From positions 169,227-233,226 of the forward strand of contig LSRY02000069.1 in NCBI GenBank assembly GCA_001643675.2: 64,000 nt of DNA. Reading direction: 5' to 3'. The position numbers and the translations under genes are program-made. Under the pieces are notes generated by a model. It searched no databases. It was not told the origin of the DNA and saw only the letters and a program-made list of their open reading frames with translations. Positions 1-12,932 of the stretch are shown piece after piece (the first letter of the stretch is position 1; every line of letters starts with the position of its first letter). The stretch is from Monocercomonoides exilis PA203 (lineage: Eukaryota > Protista > Preaxostyla).

Positions 1-960
1 TGAATTACACGTAATCTTCGCCTCTTCATCGTCCACCTTCCCATTCTCATTCTGAAACTCATCTTGCATCGCCCTTGTCACTTCTCTGTTGAAATTCTTC
101 ATCCCCATTTCACCCAATGTCACCACTCCTACTCCAACAACAACAACAGGTAACAGCGACATTGTAGCTGCACCAACAGCTCCTCTCCCCATCTCCATCT
201 CTTTGATGAACACAATCAACGCTCTCCTTCCAACACATCTCCATCCGCCTTCCATACGCTTCCCTCGTGTTAAATGTATCGTTCCAAAGGGATCTCTTGC
301 AGAATAATATTGCCTAGGCAGTGGAGAAGGAGATCGAGTTGGAGATGGAATTGTTGTTGAGTTCAGTTGCTGCTGTTTTTGCTGCTTTTCCTATGAAAAA
401 GGCTCTGGTTTTGGCTCATTATAATTCGTTTCGCCTTTTTTGTTGTTTTGAATAGACTCTTTTGTGTTTGTATTCTTTTCTGTTTCCGCTTGATTATCTT
501 TCTTTTGAAGTCTTTCAACACTTTCTTGAGCTTCATTGTTTTCATTTCCTTTCTTTTTCATCGAAATACTTTGTTTTGTTTCAGTATCATTTGCATCATC
601 GTTGTGTGCTCCTTCCTTTTCACTCATATCGCTCTCCAAACTTTCAGTTGATTCGTCATCTGATAGAATTCCCCCAACATTCACCACATTCCCATAGCTC
701 ATCAGCTTCAGAATATTCTTATCATGTGCATTGCCCTCTTCATACAGCCATCCATCCCCCGAGCTTATTCCCCACCAGTCGCAGTCGTCTAACTCTTCTT
801 CTCTTCTTCTGAACACTTTCACAATCTCCTGTATCTTCCTCTTCTCCCTCCTCCTCTTCTTCTTTCTTGTTCTGTCTGTGGAGCTTATCCAGTACTTTAT
901 ATAGTTCTTTTCTTGACTTTTCAATCTTTTACACGGTGATTTTGTTCTGTAACATTTCAT
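1..960 (-). pseudogene. Fragmented member of an uncharacterised dispersed gene family (paralogue of 42918-44764)
   Basis: Nucleotides ~20-420 align by eye with 43600-44010 (ccaacagctcctctccccatctccatctct, cgcttccctcgtgt, ggctctggttttggctcat shared). ORFs are broken and the copy runs off the window start. Confidence 0.55.
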
Positions 961-1032
961 ATTTCTGATACACTTCCTAATGAAGTGAAATATTGATAAT
1001 TTGATAATTATTTCATATCACACATTAACAGC

Positions 1033-1623
1033 AATACAATAATTGATTTTTGAGTATTTTGCAAATTAATAATAAAAACAAACTTTGTTAAAAATGAACA
1101 ACAGTTATCAAAGTCACATTGAATAGTCTTTCTGTTTGTTTCATCAAAAATTGTCTATGTGCCAAACAAAATAACCAGTTTCTAAACAAATAGGTCAAAA
1201 TTCTTGAATTAATGAAAAATAACAACGATTTGTTCCAAACCTTTTATGTAGCTTTGACATTATATGTCAAACGTTCTCACATATTAAATATATCGAATGA
1301 CTGTAAAATAATAAGAAAAATCTTCGAAGACGGTGCATGGGAAACAATTCATTTCACACAACACTTCATCCCAAATAAAAAATATGTTAAAAAACAAATT
1401 ATTACCAACTTTTTCCACTAACAGATTTTCAAAAAAAGCATCAGACATGTTTATTATTGTTATTTATTCACATTGAGCAAAATAGATCATGGTATTCTTA
1501 ATGGCGCCATTAATAATAATTTGTATTTTTTATGATCAAAAATTTCAAAAATGAATGACAATTTTTTATTTTTGTTTCATTTAATTTGTAATTATTATTG
1601 CTTTATTAATGCAAACATGTCAT
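1033..1623. repeat. Left arm of a ~591-bp near-perfect inverted repeat
   Basis: Reverse complement of 4636-5226. The ORF track shows an identical 69-aa ORF at 1212-1421(+) and 4838-5047(-). One mismatch seen, at 1620. Confidence 0.95.
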
Positions 1624-1758
1624 CAAAAATTAGTTTTGATTTTTTTAATGTTTGAATAAAGGTGAAAAAAAAATTAAATAAAATGCAATCTTTTAATGGT
1701 TTTTTTTAATAAAAAATATTTATGAAAAATTAAAAATTAATTACAAAAAAATAAATTT

Positions 1759-4207
1759 TTATTCAGTAAGTTGATAAAATGTAAATCCAGACTTCCATCC
1801 TTCCAGTGATAAATTTTTCCAACACTGATTCCATTTATCTAGTGCTAGCAGTGACACAACCTCATCGTCGCATTCAAAGAAAATGCTTTTCTCGTCAATC
1901 AAATGCTTTCTATCCTTCACAATTGCAATGAAATGTCCATCTTTGAATTTTGATGTTGAATGAATCACAGTTCCACAAAGCTGATATTTTGCTGTTATCA
2001 TATCATTATCAGAAAAGAATTTCAGGGAAGTTTTTGATTTCAAAGGATCAAAAAAGCAGATATCAAAAGGGCCATTTCCTTTTTCAGCAACAAACAGTTG
2101 AGTTAGAGGGGGATTGACTGATGAAGGTGTCGGATTGTTATGAAACACACACATACCACATGGAAAAGCATCAAGCCTGATCCATTTCAATTCAATTCTT
2201 CCAGTTGAACATTTTCCACACATCTGTTTCTGTTGATCCTCCTCCTCTTTGACAACAGAAAAATAAGAATTTAAACCTTCAACAATGTCAGCGTTTGATA
2301 TTGGCACCTCCAACATTATTCCCCTTGGCTTTGAAGTCAATTGATTACAAGACTGACATTTCATAAACTTGTGACTGTGAAGTTGAAACTTTTTAATAAC
2401 ACCATCATCCTCCTCCGACAATAACTCCAAGAATTTTTCATATGTTGAAAGAGAACCTTTAGGTTCCATCAATGGTCCAAAATTATTCTCATACATTTGA
2501 ATCATTCTCTTCGTTCCCCAATAGAATTTCTGAAAATCACACCCACTCAAACATTGCAGAACCAATTGAAGCGATTGTCGATCTGTTAAGTTCTTTTTGC
2601 TCGAAAAGCTCCTTCCCAAATCCAGAGATGCAAAACATTGACACAATGAACTGAATGAACAAGTCTTTCCCAGATTCCTCAATCCTCTTTTCGAAATTTT
2701 GTATTTGTAAACACAAGATCTTGAACCTATATCACCATCAATCACATGCATTGATAAACAGTCGATAAATCTCTCAATTGGTGCAAACATCAGATAAACA
2801 ATGTCAGTTCTTGAAGGATTTTTTGAATTGGATTCCATATCGTCATCTTCGTTTGAAGATATTTTCTTTTTGCTGTGAAAGAGTGTTGCTAACTCTGGCT
2901 CTAAGGGTGATGAAGTTGACAAAGTTAAAGAGGGAGAGGAAGGGGAGGAGGAGGAAGAAGAACAAGAACAAGAAGAACAAGAAGAAGAGGAGGAGGAGGA
3001 AGAGGAAGGAGAGGAGTGAGATGGAGGAGAAGGAGAAGGAGAGGATGAAAATAAAGGAGAGGAAGAGGAAGAGGAGGATGAGAGAGAGGAAGGAGAGGAG
3101 TGAGATGGAGGAGAAGGAGAAGTGGAAGGGGAAGGAAAAGGAGAAAGAGAAGAAGACAAAGAGGATGAGGAAGAGGGGGAAGCAGGAAAGGAAGCAGATG
3201 AGGATGCGGATGAAACTGTTGAAGGATGAATATTCGAAGGAGTTAATGGAAAAGAAGATGGAAATGATGGGGAGGAAGAAGATTGAAATGAAGATGGAGA
3301 AGCCATATGTAAAGGATGGAAAGAGGATAAATTTGAAGGATAAGGAAAGGATGAGGAAGAAAATGAAGTCGATGGGAATGAGGAGGAGGAAGGAGATGAG
3401 AATGATGGGAAAGGTGAAGAAGATGATGGAATTGATTTTTCTGATGGAGGAAAAGCAGAAAACATAAAAGGAGATGGAAAGGAGAGAGGGTTGATTGAGG
3501 AAGATGAGGATGATGATAATGTTGAAGTTGATGATGATAATGAAATTGATTTTGGAGTGTCATTGTGTGAAATGTAATCTTCTGAATCTTCCATATCCAT
3601 TTCAATTGATTCAATTTTTTCATTTTCTGCTCCAAAATATCCAAAATACGATTTAGAAGAATTAAGTTGAGAAGAACGTTGTTTCCTTTTCATTAGCGGT
3701 GTTCTATCTGTTGACATTGCTTTCTTTTGATCGAAAAAGGATGCTCGAAAAGTCGGTGGTTTTATTTCAAACACAAACTCTTGGCTTAGTGTCTGCTGAG
3801 AGAATTCTTTTGTCAGAATCAATAGCATTTCACTTTGTAATTCATAGGAGAGGCTATTGAAAACATGACTCAGCTCTTTTATGGTTCGTTACAGCGGATC
3901 AACATATTGCAAAATAAAAAAATAATAATAATAAATATTTATAAATCAAAAAAAGAATATTTAAAAAAAAACATTGTATAAAGAAAAATAGCTTAAATTA
4001 AACATAATTAAAAAAAGACACGCCATTTGATGATTTCAATAAACTTCCGAAAAGTTGCCTTTTTACTTGTGTTTGTTGGAAAAACATAAATGAAACCATT
4101 TCTGCATGAGCGGGTGACATCTTTTGAAAAAAATTTGTGAGTTGGACCATATCCTTCTGCAGGCTTCTAAATTCAAATCCATTATGAACCCTTTTAGCAG
4201 ACAACAT
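1759..4207 (-). CDS. Transposon-derived N-terminal domain + Ser-rich linker + USP (peptidase C19) protein, no DDE core; possibly damaged
   Basis: Cys box GLRNLGKTCSFSSLCQCF, CxxC pairs (KCQSC, CGKC), His/Asp box YQLCGTVIHSTSKFKDGHFIAIVK...FFECDDEVV. Exon 1 ~4207-4020 ends LLKSSNG, then an AT-rich intron. There is an in-frame TAA near 3890. Confidence 0.8.
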
Positions 4208-4635
4208 TGTCGATAAACCGATCCAATCAATGAAATTGCAATATATGGGAATTTTTTTTTATGAGAAATGGAACTCATAAAACAATAAAAAAATAATAAA
4301 AATCAAATTCAACCAAAAATGTAAAATTTCTGACCAATAAAAAATTGAACACAAAAAAATAAACAGAGATTATCTAATTTTGAACAAATATTAAATTAGA
4401 TTCGATAAAAAAAATAAAAAAAAAAAATAATCGAAGTTTATTAAAAATTTCAAAAAATTTTTTTCTTTGCAAAAAAATAAAAATCAACTTAAATTGTCTT
4501 CTCATTATTTGAAAATTCAAAAATAAAATTAAAATACTTCAAAAAAATAAATATTTTTTATTTTAATAAAAAATAATTTTATTAATTTTTATATCACTTA
4601 ATAAATTATTTTAATAATTAATTGACAACATATAT

Positions 4636-5226
4636 ATGGCATGTTTGCATTAATAAAGCAATAATAATTACAAATTAAATGAAACAAAAATAAAAAATTG
4701 TCATTCATTTTTGAAATTTTTGATCATAAAAAATACAAATTATTATTAATGGCGCCATTAAGAATACCATGATCTATTTTGCTCAATGTGAATAAATAAC
4801 AATAATAAACATGTCTGATGCTTTTTTTGAAAATCTGTTAGTGGAAAAAGTTGGTAATAATTTGTTTTTTAACATATTTTTTATTTGGGATGAAGTGTTG
4901 TGTGAAATGAATTGTTTCCCATGCACCGTCTTCGAAGATTTTTCTTATTATTTTACAGTCATTCGATATATTTAATATGTGAGAACGTTTGACATATAAT
5001 GTCAAAGCTACATAAAAGGTTTGGAACAAATCGTTGTTATTTTTCATTAATTCAAGAATTTTGACCTATTTGTTTAGAAACTGGTTATTTTGTTTGGCAC
5101 ATAGACAATTTTTGATGAAACAAACAGAAAGACTATTCAATGTGACTTTGATAACTGTTGTTCATTTTTAACAAAGTTTGTTTTTATTATTAATTTGCAA
5201 AATACTCAAAAATCAATTATTGTATT
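4636..5226. repeat. Right arm of the ~591-bp inverted repeat
   Basis: Reverse complement of 1033-1623. Confidence 0.95.
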
Positions 5227-5282
5227 TTTTTAAGTGACTGAAGTGATGATAAGAAGATGAATGAAGTTATTAAACATTATAT

Positions 5283-5522
5283 GGGTTATTCTTTTTGAAA
5301 AGTCGCAAATGTTTAATTATCAAACAAATCAAAAATTTCATATATAGCTCAAATTTCTGTTTCTTCTCACGAATTTTCTTAAGAATGTTTGAAATAGCAT
5401 TATCAAGATATTGATTCCATGTTTGTGAAGTTTAGTGTATGTCAACAAATTTTTGAGCAAAATATGAAATTTTTGGTTAATTGGAAAATTAAACATTTGC
5501 GACTTTTCAAAAAGAATCACCC
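5283..5522. mobile_element. MITE, 240 bp, ~60-bp imperfect TIRs, GGG...CCC termini, ATAT flanks
   Basis: atat|GGGTTATTCTTTTTGAAAAGTCGCAAATGTTTAATT ... AATTAAACATTTGCGACTTTTCAAAAAGAATCACCC|atat. A 4-bp TSD with GRG ends fits Sola-type elements. ATAT is palindromic, so the TSD/TIR boundary is ambiguous. Confidence 0.75.
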
Positions 5523-5892
5523 ATATAAATAAATATATTTCTTCAAGAAAAATTGGAAAGGCTTATTGAAATGTTTTGTGTTGTTTGCTTTTTCGTTAAT
5601 TGTTTTAAATTATTTTATTTAACTTTTGAGTATATTCAAATAAAGATGCTCATCCCTGTTTATCTGCAATTAAATAATTTTCATTCTCTGTTCCATCATT
5701 CATTCAGAACCAACCGATGAGAGATATCGTCAACAACTTGTGCATTTTTCTCTTGTCTCTTCAGCATATTCCTCCTCTTCTTCTTCCCCTTCTTCTGTTT
5801 TGACTGATCTGTCTATTTGGCTGCTTAACGGAATCATTTATGCCAGAACACACGAAATAATCAAATAGTTTTAACTCCCAGTTCTTCGCATA

Positions 5893-7590
5893 TTGAACAT
5901 ATGCAGTGTTGTGCGTGTGATTGAAATGACAAAGAGAAATGAAATTGTTGTCCAGAGAAATTCAACGCTGATAGAGGTATTTACGATCCGTTTCAATCTG
6001 CTTGAATTTCTCCTGCTTCTTCTAAGATGTTGCAGAATTGAGAAGAAGAGAAAGAAACCAGCGAAATGCGACGAATGCAATTCAAACTCAATGTGACTTC
6101 ATTATGTGTGGCGACTAGCCTGGCGATCCTCCCCTCTGCAGCTGTTGTGGATGTTCACCTCTACAACATGGAGAAAGTGATTGCGTAAAAGATCTTTCAT
6201 TGAACCAGTTGAACCACACGTTTGCCCACGAGCTCACTCCAGCCGACGAGACATTCAACCGCAACGATGGGCTGCTCTACACAGAGGCTGGCATGCGCTT
6301 GCTGCTGGATCTGTTGCATTTTCCTTTCAATTTAGGTACCAATCCGCTGCTATATAAAGACACAGAGGTGTTTGTGTGTGTGTGTGCAAAGCAACATGAA
6401 AATATCCTATTGATTAGCATACACACAATTTTACAAATTTTAATGTAAGAGTGGAGTATTGAGTGGAGGTTGGAAATATGAGGAAGGTGATGATGCATCA
6501 GATGGGAGGTGTGGATTTGGAGGTAATGGATGAGGAGACGCAATTGGAGGAGAAGGAGGAGGAAATGATAACAACAATGGATGAGATGGAAGTGGTGGAA
6601 ATCAAGGAGAAAACAATTGAGAATGAATATGTACCATTTCAATAGATCCACGCGAGGGACATCTTGAAACAGGAGAAGAACATATGTATAGATTTTCATG
6701 TGACCCCCACAACGAAAATATTGATCAAGCATCGTTCATCTGGCAACTGCGAGGAGGAGCGAAGCAAGTGGTGAAGGATATAGCATGCCAGATACTGAAT
6801 CAAACCGAAGCGCATGTTGTGTTTGAGAGTGGACGAGGTGCAGAGACGACGGCGATGCACTTTCTGGAGCAGGTGCTTATCGGTGAGGTGGATGCACCAA
6901 TGAAGTCGATTGTGCTGCGGAACGAAGGTTGGACGAGCTTCAACGATAGATTTGATCTGACTGAAGTGGAGCGTCTGAATGCGTCTGCGTCTGATTTCCC
7001 TCCGTTTGAATGACTTTTCATGGCAGGGATTGTGCAAGTGCATGAAATGTGGCCAACAAATTGTAGCTTCCGTCCGCTGATGCAAAGAGGTTATTTGGAA
7101 AGGATTCCGATCAATCTGGGAAGCAGATTCAGCTCGATGAGTGAGATTAACGCGAATGTTGGAATAGGAGGAGTAGGGGGAGGAGATGGGAATGTGAATG
7201 GAACGAATCATTCACCATCATCGAACAATGGAATAGTGATGGGAATTGGTGGAGCACAAGGAGGAGCACAAGGAGCAGCCGGAGGAGGAAGTGATGGAAC
7301 AGAAGGAATAACTCACATGAAAACAGTTCTGCAAGCGCTGCTGGAAGGCGACGGTTTCATCGCGAAGGAAGGAGCAGAGCCACTTGTGGATGAGAAAAAG
7401 ACAGCAACTCCATGTTCCTCTTTCTCCGCTTCCTGGCCAGCTATGCTTATTGTCACATGAGCGAATTGGCTTTGGGAGTGTGGCAGGTGGGAGCATCGAG
7501 CGGAGGCTGGTGTGTCTGGTGTGTCTGCGTGCGAGGAGCACTCTGCACTGCAGAAGAGGGCGTGTGAGAAAGGAGAGAAGAGAGGAATAA
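5893..7590 (+). pseudogene. Interrupted hypothetical protein gene
   Basis: GC-richer, coding-like stretch with a chain of + strand ORFs (6200-6448, 6684-7013, 7020-7460) split by stops or introns. No family recognised. Confidence 0.35.
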
Positions 7591-8358
7591 TATTTGATAC
7601 AGAAGAGAGTCGTCCACTGATCAAGTCGGTTGCTGCGATAATTTAACCGATTGGGGGAAAAAGAACAAAAGGAGAGAAATGTGTGTATGTGTGTGTTGTG
7701 GAGTCGCATGTTCTTAAAGGCTGTTTAAGTTGAAGAAATTTCATTTCAATGAATTATCACTATCGTTATCTTCACATTTTCGATCTCAAATTGTTATTAT
7801 CTTTTTCAAATTAGAATGAAGTCGGTGGTGAAATTACAAAAAAAGCGAAGCAGAAATGGATGATTATTGGCATTTGGAGAAGAAAGTGATCAAAAAGAGG
7901 ATATATGTGTTTTAATTGTGATCGATGAATAATTATGTGAAAAAGAAAATAAAGGAAGATTTGTGAAATGAAACAAAGAAAAAATTAAAATTGTTTATTC
8001 ATTGTTATTGTTTCATCTCGGATATTTCAAAAAGAAAATGAATGAATAATTGTTGATGTTCAAACAATAATTTAACTTATTATTTTTATTTGTTCATCAG
8101 TTAAACAAATAATCTCTATTCAACACATCTGTGCAGTATTTAAAAATTTTTATCTCTCTCTCTCTCTTTTTATTATTTACTCATTTCAGAATTTTTTATT
8201 TTGAAATAATTTTTTTTATTTCTATTTGTTATCAAAACTAATTTATTTTAATGGCTATTTTCATTTTTTGATTTTTTTACAGGAAAAAAAATATTTAATA
8301 ATGAAAACGAACTTTAACAAAAAAATGAGTTAATCAATTCGAACTGGAAAAAAAAAGC

Positions 8359-8954
8359 AAAATGACAACTCGGGATTTTTCTTTATTTTTTGTTTTTTAG
8401 AAAAAAATATTTTTTCGAAAATGACTAATAACTTTATGTAGTTCAAAAACATCTGCATCATTTTATTTTTCCAAATAAAAATAATCACAAAAATGATGAC
8501 AAGCTCAAATGAGAAGTGTGATCAGTCACTTACAGATATATGAAAAAATGAGTATGATTAATCATTTCGATGCAGATGATTAGTATTTGACAAAAACAAG
8601 AAGGAAAAATTTTGCAAGAGGGAAAGTTATTTGATAAAGAATGATCGAAATTTTGATCTATCATTGTGTTTCTTTTTTTCTAATAACTTTCCCTCTTGCA
8701 AAATTTTTCCTTCTTGTTTTTGTCAAATACTAATCATCTGCATCGAAATGATTAATCATACTCATTTTTTCATATATCTGTAAGTGACTGATCACACTTC
8801 TCATTTGAGCTTGTCATCATTTTTGTGATTATTTTTATTTGGAAAAATAAAATGATGCAGATGTTTTTGAACTACATAAAGTTATTAGTCATTTTCGAAA
8901 AAATATTTTTTTCTAAAAAACAAAAAATAAAGAAAAATCCCGAGTTGTCATTTT
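8359..8954. repeat. Palindrome/foldback: 273-bp arms (8359-8631, 8682-8954) with a 50-bp spacer
   Basis: aaaatgacaactcgggatttttc...gggaaagttatt is mirrored by aataactttccc...gaaaaatcccgagttgtcatttt. No mismatch noticed by eye. Confidence 0.95.
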
Positions 8955-9001
8955 TTTATTAATTAATAATAATTCCATAATAAATTGTAATAATCACTTG
9001 A

Positions 9002-10012
9002 ATGTCATTTTCAAAACAGGAGTCAACTCTAAATTCACGGTGCAACGTTCTATGGAAAGAAATACAACGCATCGGTGGAAATGACGTTGATTCATTGCTC
9101 GTCTATTTGTTTTACAACTACAGAAAATCATCTGCAGTTATAAATGATTAACTGAAATCCTTGAATGGTTTGGACTTCAAAATTTTTTGATTGATAATAA
9201 CTTGAATTTTTCTCTTGTAATAGAATTTTTTAATTAATATTTGTTATTTTGTTATTTAAAAAACTTAGAATATTACGAAATTCTTCTGAAAGATCTCTCA
9301 GTTGTGTACAAGTACGCACAATTACATACGCAAACGATGATCCTACAAGCACTGACGCGCAACGCATCATTATCTGAGCTTCTGGACTATGGATTTGACA
9401 TTACTGAAGGAAAGTTTAATTATGCAAAACAAACTCTTACAAAAAACCAAGGATTTTTAATTCCGGCACAATTGCCTCACGCACCATCGTGTAAAAGTGG
9501 TTTGTATTGTATTTTTCTATAATTTCATTTTTAACTGTCTTTTTGTTTATTCATTTATTTAACTTTTTTGAGGTCTTAATGAACAAGATTGGGAAAAGGG
9601 CAACAATTGGATGTTGGCCCATTCCACAGAAGCATCAACGTCATTGCAATCAGCCAAGAAAAGATCAAAAAAGGTTCCAGATTACGCACAGTTCATTGAG
9701 GAATCTGCATGGGATAATATTATCATTACAGAAAAAAATAATTCTCACAATATACAATCTTCTCCATCAGAAAAATTATGCCAACAAAATAAAAAATCAA
9801 ATATTATATCAGAAAAAAAATCTTCTCCATCTCATGCAGTTAACGATCCTATTAACACTCCACTTCGAGCTGAAAGATGGACTACAAAAATCAAACAAAA
9901 TAATACACTTCATTACCGTCGAACTTCTCCATCACCAATACCATTTCATAAACTAGTTAAACGAAAATCTCCCATTTCATCATCATCTTCTTCCTCTCCT
10001 TCTTCTTCCTCC

Positions 10013-10044
<32 letters not shown>

Positions 10045-12928
10045 ATTTTCATCATCATCTTCGTCATCATCATCTCCTTCTCCCTCTCCCTCTCCTTCTC
10101 CTTCTCCTTCTCCCTCTCCCTCTCCTTCTCCCTCTCCCTCTCCTTCTCCTTCTCCTTCTCCTTCTCCTTCTTCCTCTTCCTCTTCATCTTCATCTTCATC
10201 TTCATCTTCTTCCTCTTCTTCCTTTTCGATCAAAGTTAAAAGAAAAGATACAATCAATACTTCTCCAGAAGACAAAGCAACCTCATCTTTTTGCAACGAA
10301 AATATATGGGTTAGCGGCCAACTTATGGAATATGTCACCTCATCCACTCTTATTCCTCCTCATACATTCCAAAATCTAGTCTCATCTTTCACAAAAGAGA
10401 GCAACACCTCAACACAATAACAAAAGTCACAGTTTATTACAAGAGATAATTCAACAAATATTGATTCATTTATTTCTTCTTCATCCAAATCAACGGCTAA
10501 TGTTTTAAAATTCACACCAAATACTCCATTAAAAACAGTAAAAGGGTTGGCAAATCTTGGAAACACATGCAACTTGGCATCTCTTCTGCAATGCTGGTCC
10601 TCGATCTGCAGTTCAAAACCAACGATCTTTACAAAATCACACTTAAAAGATACATTATCATTTCAAATGATGAGTATTTGCAATCAAATCCTCAAAGATG
10701 GAAAAAAAGTACATTCATGGATCCCATCAATTGTTAACAAATGGGAAAAATTTTGCAGATACGGAAGCAAGCAGCAGCAGAATGTGTTAGAGGCATTCGA
10801 TAATCTTCATAGACTTTTCGAAAAAGATGGAATGATAAAGAAAGATTGCTTCTGTCCTATTTTGATTTTTCATTTCAAATGATTTAAATGTCAAAAACTC
10901 ACATCACATATCGACAACATCAATAATAGCATAATCATCAATTCTTCATCTATTCACAATGGTTTATCTTCTTTGTTTTCAACTGAAATATTGAACGGAA
11001 AAAATGCTGTCTATTGCAATGAATGCAAAGAAAAATACTGCACTGCTAGGTGGGAGGAAATGATTTCATTTCCAGAGGTCCTAGCCCTCTCCCATGAATG
11101 TACCGATCCTGCTAGTTCTCCACCTTCTCGAACACTTCTAATCGAGACTGATATGTCGAATAAACGTTCATTTTGCAAAGGATTTACAAATGAAAATAAA
11201 ACTTCATTTCACAACCAAAATAAAGAAACAACATTCTATCACTTAATTGGACAAATCCTTCACAAACAGTTTGATAATAGCAACGGTCATCACATTGCTG
11301 TTGTGGAAAGAAATAAAGGAATGAAAAAGATGTGGATCACCTGTAACGATGATGATATTGATGCATTTGACAGTGATAAATGGTCAAAGTCATGGAAAGA
11401 TCTCTTTTCTCAGGGCTATATTCCTTCTTTATCATTCTACGTGAAAGAGAAATCACAATCAACTCAACTAAGTGTCCAATTTGGTGGTTCCTCTATTTCT
11501 TCCTCCTCTTCTCAATCTTTAAATATCAACAACACAAACACAGACACAACTCCATCATCATCGTTTATCACACCACCACATCATTCTTCTTCCATTCCAC
11601 AACTTTCTTCATCAATAATAACTAACTATGGATTGGAAGCACTTAAAGAAAAAAGAAAGAAAACGGGCATCTTTTCTCCCAACGAAAAGAGATTAATCTT
11701 CAAGCCAAAGACGAAATTATGGAAAGAGTTTTCTGAAGAAACAAACATCAAAGTTTCTCTTTCTCACTTCTACAAACTCACCACCAATTTCTCCAAAGCG
11801 AAAAGACGAACGGATCTCTGCGGCATGTGTGAGAAGTTGAACTATCTGGAAAACAAATTGAAGTCATCGCAAAACAAAAATGGACTGTCTGAAGCAGAGT
11901 TTCATACACTTAAATTACTTCGACAACATCGTCTTGTTGCAGAAATGCAACGAAAACATTATCAATCAACTGTTGATAATCTGAAAGAGGGAGAAGCAGT
12001 CTTCGTCTTCGACTTCAAAGAGAAATGGAAACTCCCTATCAGAAAAAATCAACTTCAACAAGAATTCTTTAATTACCAACAAGTTTCTCAATTCACAATC
12101 ATCTCTCTTCAAAAAATTAATAATCAACAAATAAAAAGAACTTTCAACTTCTTCTCCGACTGCCTCTCAAATGATCACAGATTTGTTATTGAGTGTCTGG
12201 AATCTGTGATCAAAAGACACTTCTTCTCAGACACTCACACTTTTAAGTTCTTCTGCGATTCGGGTCCACACAACCGAAATCGCTTCCTCCTTCACTTCAT
12301 TCTCTCCAAACAATCCAAACTTCTCAAAAAGAAAAACACCCAACTCAATTTCTTCGCTGAACACCATGGAAAAAATATTTGTGATAGTGAATTTGGTGCG
12401 TTAGTGAATGCAATCGACAACAATCTTTCGACTGAACACATCACCACACTTCATGACTTAATCAACTTCTTCGAAAGCAATATGAATGTTTCGACATCTG
12501 TTTCATCATCATCACAATTTAATGTTTTTGAATCATCCTCATCAAACAACTCCCCATCGTCATCATCTATCAAGGAGTGTGTGCATGAGAGGTACTTTGA
12601 AGAATATGTACCATCTCAACAAATCTCATGGCCATCATTGTCAGTTCCCCACATGAAAGATTACTTGTATTTTGAGCGCAAGGGCTCATTTGTCTGCGCA
12701 TCTGCTGTTGGATATCTTCCTCAACGCTCTCTGGTTGCACTCGAATCTTCAACAATGAAAGAAAAAGTTCAACGTTCAAGAAAGTCATTTCACTCTGATA
12801 TCACATCATCTAACTCTTCTCTTCTTTCTCAATCTTCTCAAGATCTTCTTTCAAGGAGATTTGAGCTTCTTCTTGACTCTTCTTCTATTAATGAATCTCA
12901 AAATTGTTCTTTTGGTGTCCCCTATTAA
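9002..12928 (+). pseudogene. USP-Sola2-like DDD transposase fusion, copy 1 (exons 9002-9167, 9269-9499, 9573-12928; three in-frame stops)
   Basis: USP Cys box GLANLGNTCNLASLLQCW and His box YHLIGQILHKQFDNSNGHHIAVVE...WITCNDDD. Transposase motifs TDLCGMCEK, FVFDFKEKW, FFCDSGPHNRN, FFAEHHGKNICDSEFG. ORFs 9611, 10547 and 10973 share a frame. Stops at ~9148 (TAA), 10418 (TAA) and 10880 (TGA). Confidence 0.85.
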
Positions 12929-12932
12929 GAAA

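Larger units (their letters stand above)
1033..5226. mobile_element. Inverted-repeat-bounded non-autonomous element carrying a USP gene
   Basis: 591-bp IRs enclose one gene (1759-4207 -). The IRs contain tAGATCATGG (1483-1492 / 4767-4776), related to the termini at 48912, 53065, 59188 and 59353. No clear TSD at the outer ends. Confidence 0.65.

Noticed and set aside
1212-1421. Duplicated 69-aa ORF (also 4838-5047)
   Set aside because: By-product of the inverted repeat in AT-rich DNA. No domain evidence.
10973-12928. Fanzor/TnpB identity for the transposase ORF
   Set aside because: No RuvC I/II/III pattern with a C-terminal zinc finger is visible. The motifs match a DDD transposase.
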